64,000 nucleotides of DNA. Source: Lama glama. Its lineage: Eukaryota. A program made the translations under genes and the position numbers. Under the pieces are notes generated by a model, which saw nothing but the letters and a program-made list of their open reading frames with translations, ran no database searches and was not told the DNA's origin. Position 1 is the stretch's first letter. Every line of letters starts with the position of its first letter. The stretch lies in the NCBI GenBank assembly GCA_028534125.1, contig CM052846.1:7440001-7504000 (forward strand). Reading direction: 5' to 3'. Shown piece after piece: positions 36,078-48,065 of this stretch.

Positions 36078-36385
36078 CAGACCTTGTTTTATTGCACTTT
36101 GCAGATAGTGGTTTGTTTGTTTTTTTTAGTGAATTGAAGGTTTTACAACCCTGCATTGTCAAATGATATTTAGCAGTTTTTAGCAATAAAGCATTTTAAA
36201 ATTAAGGTATGTACATTGTGTTTTAGGCATAATGCTGTTGCGCACACTAGACTACACTATAGTTAAAACGTGACTTTTATAGGGACTGAGAAACAAAAAT
36301 ATTATTGTGACTTTATTGTGATATTCACTTTTTTATGTGTGTATTGTTCTAGAACTGAACCCATGATATCTCAGAGGTATGCCTG
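36078..36385 (+). mobile_element. Internally deleted Tigger1 derivative (TcMar DNA transposon)
   Basis: Follows TA; Tigger1 5' end 'cagaccttgttttattgcactttgcagata...aattgaagg...aaccctgc' fused to its 3' end 'tagcaataaagcattttaaaattaaggtatgtacattg...atatctcagaggtatgcctg'. Confidence 0.9.
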
Positions 36386-36823
36386 ACCCTGAGCTCTGTC
36401 ATGGATGGGAAGACAGACAGGTGAGACAGAAGGAGGAGATTCTGAAGGCAGAATAAAAACCTGTGTACCAGGAGCTAACTCAGAGAAATGTGCAGTTATT
36501 TACCTGCGTGGTGAGATAGAAATTCATTTTAGGCGAGCGTGAGTTAGCTTCTTAGGACTCCTACACACAGGCTGGTAGGCTCGGATTAAAGTTAGTTGCC
36601 CAGGTTGACAGATTTTCAGTTGTTTTTCTTTGAAGTGCAGTTTCCTTCTTCAGAGTCAGCCAGACAAGGAGCCAGTCTAGCAGAGACCAATGGCAAAGTT
36701 CACCTAACGTTCGCCAGTCTTTCCCGAGGGTCACCCCCAACCCCTGTTCCACTGGTTCCAGCAGCAGCTCAAGAATGAATATTTCCCCAGGAGGTTCCTC
36801 TGTGATGGGTCTTTACACGCTGT

Positions 36824-36986
36824 GATGAGTGTCCTCAGGTCACCTTGCGTTAGAACCACCTGGTGTGCTTATACAAATGAAGCATCTTCAGCCAGAGTCT
36901 AGTCCTGTGGACCGTGTGAGTGGGACCTGGGAAGTCTGCCTTCTGTCGTGGGTCTCGGATCACTGCTGTCCACGCCAAACCACTGC
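36824..36986. mobile_element. MER5-type hAT MITE
   Basis: 'gcgttagaaccacctggtgtgcttatacaaatgaagcat...gtgggacctgggaagtctgc...aaccactg'. Confidence 0.6.
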
Positions 36987-37109
36987 TCTCCGTCCAGTAG
37001 AATTCAAATCTTAGAGTGTCAGATGCTACATGAGATCCTACAGTAGTCTCTATTTTCTGTGGGATAACTTAGGCTCTTTCCTAGGACGGGTAAACCTTGT
37101 CTTCTGTCT

Positions 37110-37510
37110 CACCCACTTGGGTACCCACTGTGTGCTCCAGCCACCCTGAAGGCCTCTGCCGGTCTCTGAACACACTCTGTGCCCGGGGGTCCAGGCTTTT
37201 GCTCATGTTCTAGCCTCTGGCTAGGAGGACCTCCCTTCACCCCACTCCTGGATCGCCGGCAAACACCTGCTTGAACGTGACAGCTCAAGGATTACCTCTT
37301 CAGGGATGGCTTTCCTAACTTGCTCCCCGCCTTGTGTGCCCGCCTCCTCCCTTCAGTCTGCATTGGCTTTGATGACAGCACTTGGGACACTCCACTGCTG
37401 TGTTGGTTGGCATGACTGTCACTCCCTTGGAGGGACAGCCCATGCCTTTCTAGTCCTGGTATCGCGAGGAACATACTGATGTTTTTCAGAAGAAATGAAC
37501 GAACCCATGA
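37110..37510 (+). mobile_element. LINE-2 3' region
   Basis: 'tgctccagccaccctg...ggcttttgctcatgttct...cagctcaaggattacctcttcagggatggctttcct...gaaatgaacgaa'. Confidence 0.7.
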
Positions 37511-38049
37511 ATTGTACAACACGGAGCCTGCATTTATTCCCGAACTAAATTTGCCGCTCAGGAGTTGGCCGTGGCGTCTTTTTTCATGACATGTATTTTA
37601 TCAAGAGTTTTGAAGATGACAAGCAAAATGAAACAACTTGGAGTTTCCTACATACAAGTGGGCTCAATCTGGTTTGACTAACACGTACTATGCCTGGAGG
37701 AAGCCCACAAAGTGTTCTTCCTTCAAGATGTGGAGATAAAAATAGGGAGAATGAGATAAATGAAACCTGTGTCTCTGTTATATAAACCTCAGGGTGAATT
37801 TGGGTAAATGAGTAATCAGTATGGCAAATATAATTGATCTTTCTGGAGAGTTATTTTATTTAATTGATTGATTTAATTTCCTAGCAAATGAAATCTGAAA
37901 ACCTATCCCTGAGAAAACTTACTTGCTACAAATCCCTTCTCTCGTCTAAACCTCATTGATCCCAATTAATTTCCCATCGTTCCTTCTGTCTACGGTGTGA
38001 TTTGAGCATTTCGCAGTTCTTTTTTCAAGGTTGCAGTTCAAAGATCAGA

Positions 38050-38767
38050 CGTAAAAAGTTGACGACTTCCCGTTCTACCATCTAGGGTATTTCAGGAATC
38101 CGCGAGATTGCCCTCATGTGCTGCTGGCGGGAACGTGAAGTGGCCCAGCCCCTTTGGAAAACAGTTGGGCAGTTGCTTAACCTGTGAAGCGGAAGCTTAG
38201 CATGAGACTTCTCTCAGGTTCGTTCCTAAGGATTTCCCTCCGAGAAGTGAAAGTACGTACGCACATAAATCCTCGTACACGAGTGTCCACAGGAGCATAC
38301 TCCTCACACCCCAGAAGTGGAAGCAGTCCCAGTTACTTGAATCGGTGAGAGGATGCACAAAATGGGGGTATGTCCGTACAATGAGATAGCGGTCCATAGG
38401 AAAAAAGAAGAAATGGAATGCTAATGCACGCCACAACGTGGATGAGCTTCGAAGACCTGCTGGGAGAAAGAAGACAGGCACAGAAGTGTTCAGACTGTGT
38501 GATTCCATTTGTACAAAATGTCCAGAAAAGGCAAATCTATAGAGACAAGAAGCAGAGTAGGGGTTGCATGGGGTTGGGGCGGGCGTAGGAGCAGAAAGTA
38601 ACTGTCGAACAGGCTGGAGGAAGTTTGGGGGGCTGATTGAAATGTTTCAAAACTGAATGGTGGTGATAATTGTCCAACTCTATACATTCCCCAATAATCA
38701 TTCAACTGTACAGTTACAACGGGGAAATTCTGTGGGGTACAGAGTACCCTCATCAGAGCTGTAAAAA
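38050..38767 (+). mobile_element. Old L1 (L1MB-like) ORF2 end and 3'UTR
   Basis: 'gctggcgggaacgtgaagtgg...ctttggaaaacagttgggcagtt' and 'tgtgattccatttgtacaaaatgtccagaaaaggcaaatctatagagaca'. Confidence 0.9.
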
Positions 38768-39539
38768 TTGTTGAATTGGCACTGCTACCTTCCTGTTTTT
38801 ATTATAGTGATATTACAGTTTCAAAAACGTTTCCATGTAATATTTTAAAAAGTCTTTAATCACAGAGTCTAGATTTTCAGTTGGTTTCTTTTTTGCGGAC
38901 CCCTGAGACCCTTCACCTTGACACCAGTGGAGACATATTCAGGCTGTAAAAAACTTCTCTCCTTCAAACTAATTAAGCTCTGATGACATCAGCTGTATTT
39001 GCAGTGCACCTGATTAAGGCCATGATACTAATTAAATTCTTGAATGATTAGAAATGCAAATTACCTAACTGAGTTCAGCAACAGACATTGCTTCTGGGCC
39101 CCGGAACAGTGGGGAGCAGCCAGCTTCCTCTCAGGTGACAGAGTGCCCTCAAGTCTCACCTGAGTCTCAGGAGACAGTGTTAACTGTGAACGACTAAGAT
39201 TTACCTATTTCCTGCTGGCTGATATTTCATTTACAGAAGCAGCACATTTCTAGGGGGCTCATACCCGTGTGAGTACACTGAGAAGTGCTGTGGTGGGGGA
39301 TGGAAGGACCCCTCACCCAGTTCTTTGCAGTCAGAGCTGAGTTCAAATTCTGCCTCTCGTTTGCCAGGGGTGTGGTCTTTGGCTTACCAGTTTCTCTGAG
39401 CCTATAAATCTTTATAGCAGGGAATTTGATTATGTAGCTATCTAGCTCAAAAGACTTGGGAGCTAATTAAATGAGATCTAGTGTACAGGGGGCATTTAAA
39501 AAGTGGGATCTAGTCATGGGGTAGCTTACATAAGGTCTT

Positions 39540-40000
39540 CATTCATTCAACAAATATTAACTGAGTGCCTGCCATTCATTTATTCCTTCTGTTTAGAAAA
39601 TATTTGCTGAACACCTGCTATATTCCTGGTGGGATTCTTGGTGGCCAGGATACATCAATGAATTAAAAAAGACAAATCCACACCATAGCAAAGCCTACTT
39701 AGAAAGTGTCTATAAACATCATTATTAAATTCTGAAATACGTTTCAAAGTGATACATCCCTTGGAAAAAACGAAGTAGGATGGGGGTACCTAGAGTGATG
39801 GTGGTGAGAGAAAGGATAGACGGCAATGTAGGCTGATGAGGGAAGGGCTCAATGAGCAGGTGGAACACGACAAAGCCTTGGAGGAGGTGTGGGAGGTAGC
39901 CATCGTCCAGCAGCTCTCTAGGGAAGAGCTTCACAGGCCGGGTGAACAGCCAGTACAAAAGGGCCCCAAGTGTCATGGACCAGACATCTTCAGAGGTACC
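39540..40000 (-). mobile_element. LINE-2 3' fragments
   Basis: 'cattcattcaacaaatattaactgagtgcct', 'aaatatttgctgaacacctgctat' and 'gggaagggctcaatgagcaggtg...cagccagtacaaaagggccc'. Confidence 0.7.
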
Positions 40001-40049
40001 AGGGAGGCCCGGTACCGTGCCAGACACCAGATACACAGCAGTAAACCAG

Positions 40050-40230
40050 CAGGCAGAACTGAGTTCAGATTCTGCTTCTGTCACTTTCCAGTTTGGTGGA
40101 TCTTTGGATAATCATTTAATTTCTCTGAGCTTATATCCACTCATCTATAAAATGAGATTTGAATGTCTTTTTCAAAGGGTTATCTGTCATTTACCCGAGT
40201 CATCTTGAAGGTAGAGTTTGTAAATCGTGC
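40050..40230 (+). mobile_element. MIR SINE
   Basis: 'ctgagttcagattctgcttctgtcactt...catttaatttctctgagctt...ctcatctataaaatgag'. Confidence 0.75.
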
Positions 40231-43200
40231 CTCAGCGGAACAGGAGCCATTTTGCTGCCTGGTTCTGATCCATTTAGTTACATCTGGCATCCTCTGCCAC
40301 CAGCCCATTCCAGGACTTTGGCATGGTTGGTGGGGCAGCTCGGAGATGGGACTGGCTGAAATAGAAGGACCACTCTGAGACATAACAAGGGATGAGTTCA
40401 TTCAGCCAGTAGATACTGAGCTTCTGCTATGTTCTGGACACTTTTATTGCTTGGAGAGGAACCACCTGGAAAGTGGTAAAGAGTTTTAAACACTAGGATG
40501 ATAACGAATTTTATACATCTCTAAATGTCTGCCTGTGTGTGAATCTGTGTAGTTTTCCTCAGCAGCCACTGTGCACCAAAAGTGACTCAGCAGTTTCTGG
40601 AACTTTTATCAGAGATTTCTGGTGAATTGTGGGCTGGGGGTTGAGAGAGCAAGGGAAGGACCGGGGGGGGCTCCTTCACCTTCAACAATGGCCTTCTCGA
40701 ACTTTCCTTGTCTCCCGCTGGCTATGAACCGTTGTCATGGACAGAACGCCAAATTGAGCCAAAAGACTTGATTGGTCAGGCCGTCCTTCAAGTTTTAGCT
40801 GTGTGACTAGGGCTTGTCACGTGGCTCCTCTGAGCTTTATTTTTCTCATTTATATAACGGAGGTAAAACCTCCATTGCCTGCCCCCCACATGTCAAAGGT
40901 CAAATAAGGTAATGCGTTTGAAATTATTTGATAAACAGTAAAACTAAATGTGAGATGAGCGAGGTGCAGGTCATTGTTGGAGAAAGAAGCTGATGGGATA
41001 ATGGGGACGGTCAGTTGTCTGTGGTAGGGAAGGATGGCCTTGGCACTTCTCCAAGGAGTAGACGTTTGGTGCTAATTTATGCACATTAGTTAATTTCGCT
41101 TTGCTGCGGGCTCAGATGGGACTCCCTGATGGATGTGCTGTCCAAGACAGAACCATGAAAGCCATGCAGCTCAGAGCTGCGATCCTTCTGGGGATGGAGC
41201 TGGAGGAGACAGGCTGGTGGGAGGCACAGGCTTGGCTGACAATTTCAGAGTCATCTGCTCGGCAGAAGCCTGCTGAGCCCCGGGGAGTGGGATGGGTAGA
41301 GAAAACCCTTTTGTCCTAAAAACTATTAGGGTCATTTTCAACCCTGCTTTCCAGTCATGTGGGTTTTACATTCCAGACTCGTAGGAATACAGTCACTCAG
41401 TGGTAGCTGGTGAGGCTGTGCCCTTCTCCCCAAGCTCAGAAACCATCTGGACTGGCTGAGCGTGAAAAGGCAAAAGGCAAGATACTTTTCAGTAGGAGAA
41501 AAACACTCTCAAGAGTCAAACTTGAGGCAAGTTCTTGGAGAAAAGAGAAGTATTGAGGGGAGAGGCAATCAGATGCTCGGTGAAGGCACGTGTCTGGTTA
41601 TAGCATAAACTGAGTGTGGGCAGGAGAGAATCGCTGAATCTTAGGAGTTATGGAGCCTCACCGTGGACGCGACTCAGGGAAACCACAGATTCCCTTCCAT
41701 CCCTGTTGAGGTGCCAGCCTCACTGTCCACACAGTAAGCGACTCCTAAATAGGACCAAGGTTTTTGCATTTTTTTCTGCCTGTGGTGGTTTATGCCAATG
41801 CTTCACATTTCACGGTTGCTCCAGATGCGTGATGGAATGGAATGGTTCGCTGGTCCTTTCCACACACCAAGGCTGGGCTAGGAGGGAGGGCAACCTCCGA
41901 GTCTTCCATGGATAACTTACCTCAGTGTTCCTTACTATTTGGGGAAGAGTTTGATTTGGTTAAAAGGTAAAAATATTTCTCTTCTTTGGTACCTGTTCAT
42001 TTTGATTGTGCTTGTAGCATCAACAATGGGCTAGAAACGGGCCAGAAAGAAAGCTGGGCTGTCTTTCTCTAAGCGGAGTTTCCCAGGGGGCGCTGGGCAG
42101 GCTCAGTGGCTGGCGGGGCTGGGATGGGCTTACCCGGGATACAGATGGCTGAAAGTTTCTTATGGTGGTACAGTATTGAAAAGCAGTTTTGATAACTATT
42201 GAGAAATGAACACTCATTGTATGGCTTCATCTGTAAACTTCCTGACTTCACTAATGGCTATTTGGGTGTCTGAAACTCTGTGAATAGCCCCTACCACCAG
42301 AATGTCTAGGAAGATACATACAATTCACTTCCCCTACCCCGATCTTCCTGTGAAAAGGTCCTGGTATTAGTTTGACTATTTTTCAGTCATACTTTGTTCA
42401 CCATCAGTGATGTTCTTTCCTTTGCCTGCCCTATAAAATATTAGATTCTTTGATTTCATTTGCTCTTATGTAGTTTTCCTAATAATATAGGAGACATATG
42501 TGATTTTAATCATTACATTTTAAAATCAGATCTCAGACACTCCTAAATAGAAAATGATTTATTTCACTGGGAGAGTTTATACAAAGTCCGTATTTAATAT
42601 CTTCCATAACATTTTCTAATTTTAAAAATTAAAAAAAATTAACTTTTATTACTTACTAAGTCTCAAATGGAATCTCCCAAATTCTTTCCAGCATATCCCA
42701 GTTATGTAAGTGGTGTAATTTCCTGTGTGTCACGACGTGAAAAAGGTAGGGCGACATTGCCGTAAATTATTCCTGGTGCAGTTTTTCACCCTGGGAGGTT
42801 GGGTGTAAGGAGAAAGAACGTTAATCTTGGTGGAAGGGATTTGTTAGAGAAACCCAAGACGTTGCCACGTTTGCTTTTAAAGTTCTAGTTGCCAAGATGG
42901 TGAAATAAGTAGGGCGAGTTGAACTGAAAGATATTTCACAGTGATGGACACTGTCTGATGGGGTTGGGTGTGTGTCTGCAGATTTATACCTTGCTGCTGG
43001 ATCTCCCGGCTGCCTCCAGGAGAGGATGGGTTGAAAGAGGCAGCAGGAACTAAAAAGGTAACTATCCCCACATCCAGCCCTCCGCCCTTTGAAATTAAAC
43101 ACAGACTTAATAGTTTTCAAAGTGTCATCGAATTCATGCAATTCATGAAACCACATTTAAGTGAAAAGCAAGTGATAACCCTCCTATTTAAAAACATCTG

Positions 43201-43463
43201 AGCGAGTGTTTTTTATGGAACGGAACACTTCATCTCCATTGAATAAATACATAAAGTACAGGAGAGGAGACACAGAACGGATCTGAAGCTGACCTTAGAT
43301 TACCTTTCCAGCATTCCACAGGTGTGTCCAAGGGGTCCCCTCTTCCTTCTGGAGGACTAGGGAGAGGTCAGCGCTGGCAGTGTGCACCTGGAATGGCGCG
43401 CTCCACCCCCGCCGCAGGGTGACACAGAGCGGGGAGCAGGCATGAGCTCAGTGGTCTCAGGAG

Positions 43464-43597
43464 TGAGGCTGCCATCGTTAGCAAATAAAAATACAACCAC
43501 CCAAGCAATCCTGAGTATATACTTACACTAAAAATTGCTTGTTGTTTATCTGAAATTCAGACTCCACCGGGCATTCTGCTTTTACCTGGCAATCCTA
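43464..43597. mobile_element. MER53 hAT MITE, left arm internally deleted
   Basis: 'gctgccatcgttagcaaataaaaatac...atacttacactaaaaattgcttgttgtttatctgaaattcag...ctggcaatccta'; 8-bp TSD CTCAGGAG (43456-43463) / CTTAGGAG (43598-43605). Confidence 0.85.
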
Positions 43598-45219
43598 CTT
43601 AGGAGGAACTGGGGGGAACGGGGGCCTGGAAAAACCTGAAGAAGCAGGAAAAAAGGAGCCTGCAATGTAGTGGGTGAATTCTAGAGCAGGGGGATGGTGA
43701 CAGCAGTGTCATTTCTGTGTCGTGGACTTGGAATGAGATTTGCACAGAATTTCTGAGGACACGCTGGAACAGGGTGCTGGTCAAGGAGGGCTTCAGATGA
43801 GATCAGTATTGATTCTTGAAGAAGATGAAGAATTATCCACAAAAGGAAGATGGTGGGCGTTGAGCAGAACAAAGCAAGTCCAAAGGCAGAGACGGTGGAA
43901 CAACTCCAGTGTCTGCCTCCCTGAAGCCTTTCAGGTCCCCCCCCAGGGGAATTCACCCTCCCTTCCTCTGGGCTCCCTGGGTGCTCTGTTGACATTAATC
44001 ACCCAGCTTTTACACTTGCCGCCATTGAGACGTCTGTGATGGGGGCCCCATCCGGTTACAGGTGGGAGGTTATAGAACAGATCACAGACTCACCTCCTGT
44101 CCAAGTTTACCAGTAAACCCAGCAGTGGACCCAGCTGTACTGCCTCTGCTTTTGGCAGAAGATTGAGAACAGATAAATCAAACACTTTCATTGTTTTTCA
44201 AGCAATGCAAGATTTTACATAGATGCATACGTACTTCAGTAAACAGAACTGATTTCTGAAACATCGGACCTGACGTATCTAGGATTGTTTCCCCGCCAGA
44301 GAAGTAAGGACATGAAAGTAAACCAAATGGAAAAATAAGTAAAATTCCTTGCATTCCCTAAGACTTATCCCCAAGCCAACCCACACGCTCCAGTATAGGA
44401 GGTAGATTCTCTACTGCGTGTCTCAGCCTTTTGAATGTTACCTTTCAGAGGAGAGAGATTGCCCTGCGTCCTGTGTGCGACTCTTTTATTCCCCTGCTTA
44501 GAATTCCCTGGTGAAAATTCTTCAAGCTGTGGCACTGCATAAATAAATAAGTAGGACCGTGCTTTCTGCCCTTTGGGGCCCAGAAACTGAGAAGCCTCGG
44601 TGTCTGTGGCGGGTGAACTTTCTTGCTGTCCTCTTCCCGTAAGGGTGTGATTTGGGGCGAGCTTACCCAGAGATGAGAGCATCCAGAAAGTGGCTTCGTC
44701 TGGTAGCTTTCAGTGGAGACCAGTTTCCTTTTGTGTGCATGTTTGAAAATGTTGCTTTCCAGAGCTTTCCCAACCAGGTTAAGTGGGTAGTTGTTGTTGT
44801 TTTGTTTTGTTTTTGTTGAGCTGCTGGTGGAGGAGGTAATTTGGGGAGTTACGCTTTACCCGTCAGCTGTCTAAAGGTTCACTAAGGGTTCAGAGTGGTT
44901 GGAGCCTTTCGACGCTCAGAGGCTTCATCTTGCCCCGAAGTTAACACTGTATGTGGTTTCACTCTTGCCTTTTCTTTGCACATTTCCTAAAAGTGCTGAC
45001 CATTCACGGGTTTTGCTCAGACCTCGGAGGACCTATCTTGGTTTTTCTGTACCTGAGCAATGCCCACATCTGGCTCTCTGGTCCGTCTGCGCAGTCTGCT
45101 TTTCTTGGAACCATGCAGGGAGCCTGGTCCCCTTTTGCCTTTCTTGGCCCTGCTGCCTCTTTCTGGGACGGAATCATTCCTTCTTTGGGCCCCACTTGAG
45201 GGTTGGTGTCCGCTCTTCT

Positions 45220-45233
45220 GCGCCACCTGCTGG
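45220..45233 (-). promoter_or_regulatory. CTCF core motif
   Basis: Minus strand CCAGCAGGTGGCGC, a perfect match to CCASYAGRKGGCRS. Confidence 0.65.
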
Positions 45234-46252
45234 TACGAGCTCCAAGCGCAATCTTCCCCGTCTCCGGCCCCAGGCTCCCAGCAGGAGCCAAAGCCAAAAA
45301 CCTCAGACCAAGCAGATGTTACTCTGTCCTGCTCTTATCTGTGCTGCCTCCACTGGCTCACCCGACTGAATCCCAAGTGTCCTCAGATGACTTGCCTCGA
45401 GTCACGCAGACCCTGAGCTCCTTGGCCAGGACGAAGCAGCCTGCCAGTTTAGGGGGTGGGGATGAGGGGCTCCTGCCAGTTTCCTGGATATGTGGTCAGT
45501 GGAGGCCAGCCTCTGCCGGGCAGCGAACATGCAAATGGATTTCTGTCACAGTATCAACATATACAGGACACTGATCCCGTAATGGGCTCTCCAGCGTGTC
45601 CCTAACATGGTCCCTGATTCAGCCGCTAGTTTTCGCCCAGGTTGCTCAGAACTGGAAACTTTGTTGTGTTGTTGTTTGGTTTTGTTTTAGCACTGTGGAC
45701 TTTTATTTTACATTCTCACACAACTTAGTGATTGCAATCAAGGTACCATGAAGAAAGTGGTGTGATGCTTTTTTCAGTTAAATCAAGTATCCCTGTCCAT
45801 TCCCTGCTCTAGGTTAGAGGTCTCTGCACAGCCGGGACTTCGGCACTCGTTCGTTGTCTCCCACGCACAGTCTGGCACACAGTAGGTGCCTTGCAGAAGC
45901 TTGTTGAAACACACCAGATTCTCTGTGGCCAAAATCCTTCTTGAAAGTCCTTTTTTATTTGTTTATTAAAACCAGAAACTGTCCGATTTGAGACTCTGAT
46001 CATTTTATCCCTGATTGAAGCCTGAAAAAAATAAAGCTGACTTGGTAGAAAGAAATGATGAGCGATGCTAGTGATTTCTACTCTTCCTCTGATAAGAATG
46101 AAGATGGTTACCAGCTGTTGTCCCCTGAAGTTAGAAAAAGTAGCAGTGTACATACGTGGGGAGGAGTAGGGTTAGATACGAGATGGAACTTCCTGAGAGC
46201 AGGGGTTAGGATACCCTTGTAAATGACAGACTGGGGTTCATGCCGGCAGCCT

Positions 46253-46590
46253 TTTCGTTCAGTAAACATTTATTAAGCTTCTACCTTGGCCCAACACTAA
46301 TGTTAGAAGCTGGAGTTTAAAAGATTGATAAAGTACAGTGACAGACCACAGAGAAGACTGAGACAAACAGGCAATTTCAATGTCCTTTCCGAAGTGCTAA
46401 GAGAGAGGAGTGCCCGGGGTGTTGTGGGAACATGATAAAGGGGCACTAATTTGAGCTGTGTAGTCAGAGAAGGCTTCCTGGAGGAGGTGGTATGTGTACT
46501 GAGTTTTACCATTGGGAGAGAGATATGTAGATGAATAAATGCAGTCAGTGCGTTCCAGGAAAGGTGGACAGCTAGATTAACTGGTACAGA
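46253..46590 (-). mobile_element. LINE-2 3' end
   Basis: 'ttcgttcagtaaacatttattaagc...gtcagagaaggcttcctggaggaggtg'. Confidence 0.85.
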
Positions 46591-47904
46591 CACATCTTTA
46601 GAGCAGAGAAAATCCCTTCAGTCCTTCTGAGGCAGGTCATCTGGAAAATGATACTGCCCCACAGGAAGGGTCTTACATTACTGGTGGCAAGACGGGGCTC
46701 CGTTTTCTGTTCCGTGTTTGATCTGTCACGTTATTGGAATAGCCTTTGGTAACTTTAGGAGGGAAAAGGTAAAGAAGGGAATCTTACTGTCCTCTACATT
46801 CAAGGGTCGTGGTCTTTTAAACAACCTCTCTGCTCCAAAATTCAGGGTCCTATAGGGCCAGCATGTCCCTGATGCATTAGATTTGGCATATTTGGGGGCT
46901 GCCCACAGAGCTGACAGGCGCCCCAAACCAGGCCTTCTCCACGCCATCCAGGAGGCCACAAAGAGGTAGGCTGGGGTCGGGCCTGCCTGCTGGCTCAGAC
47001 AGCCAAGAAACTCTCACGACAGCTCCTCTTTGAATTCCAACAAAGATTGTTTGACCAGACCCCATTGTACAGATGGGAAAACCGAGACTGAAGAACATGA
47101 GCCGCTTCCCAGGTCCTGGGAAATAACGGGTGGCTACTCCGTATTAACTGAGCGGCTTGTTTGTCACTTCGGGGCTGCAGCTAGTAAGTACCTCCCCAGG
47201 GTGGGAACCTCTGAGAGGCATTTTTCCCAGAAAGAAGTGCTTTTGAAATGGCAGTCCTGTTCGTAATGGCCTGTTTCCACTGGATACCCGGCTTACTGGG
47301 CTGGCATCACGGGGGTGGGGGTTCTCAGCCTCCTCCAGGAGGTCATTCAGTCCCAGCCATGGCAGCTGGTGTCTCCAGGCCCTGGACCACCACCAGAGAG
47401 AGGACAAAGAGTGCGGCCTGGCTGGGCGGCTGACCGGAGCCCTTCGCGCCCACTTGCCCGAGGCAAGCCCGGCGGGGCTGGTGCCAGGCACTGGGCTGCT
47501 TCTCCATCCCCTCCCTCGGCCCCCGGCTCATCTGCCTGCTTTCAGAGCTCCAGCCGTCCTGAATGGGCCTTTGTGTGTGCCCCAGGAGCTGGCTCGGAAG
47601 AGCCCTGATGGAAACGCTGGACAGAGATGTCTCCTCTGGATCCAGGCGCAGCTCGGCGCCGGGCCCATCTCACAGGAGGCCGGTCTTTGTTGTGCCGCTG
47701 GGTTGTGCCGTATCTGGGAGCGAGCTGGGACCTGGATGAAGGGGAGGAACGTTCTGCCTGCCACCCCTCCTCCCCAGCACCGCAGGGTCATCACCAGGGC
47801 TGTGGGGATGGCAGCGCCTCGGTCACGTACCAGAGCTTTCTCTCCCACTCTCTCTGCCACTTTGCCCCCAGACGTGACTCTACTACTGTTAATACCAGGA
47901 GCTG

Positions 47905-48065
47905 TGGTGAAATGGTCACTCTTTATGCACCAGGCATTGTGTCAAGGGGTTTATCCCATTGAATTAAATCTTCTCAACAATCCCTTGAGATATGTCATCC
48001 CCTCACCCCATTTTACAGGTAAGGAAACCAAGGTTGGGAGTGTTAAGCCACTTACCCGGTGGTTC
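47905..48065 (-). mobile_element. MIR SINE
   Basis: 'ccaggcattgtg...tcttctcaacaatccct...ccccattttacaggtaaggaaaccaagg'. Confidence 0.8.

Noticed and set aside
42080-42095. CTCF-like TTCCCAGGGGGCGCTG (also GCTGCAGATGGCAG at 62903)
   Set aside because: Two to three mismatches in the 5' core; too weak to call
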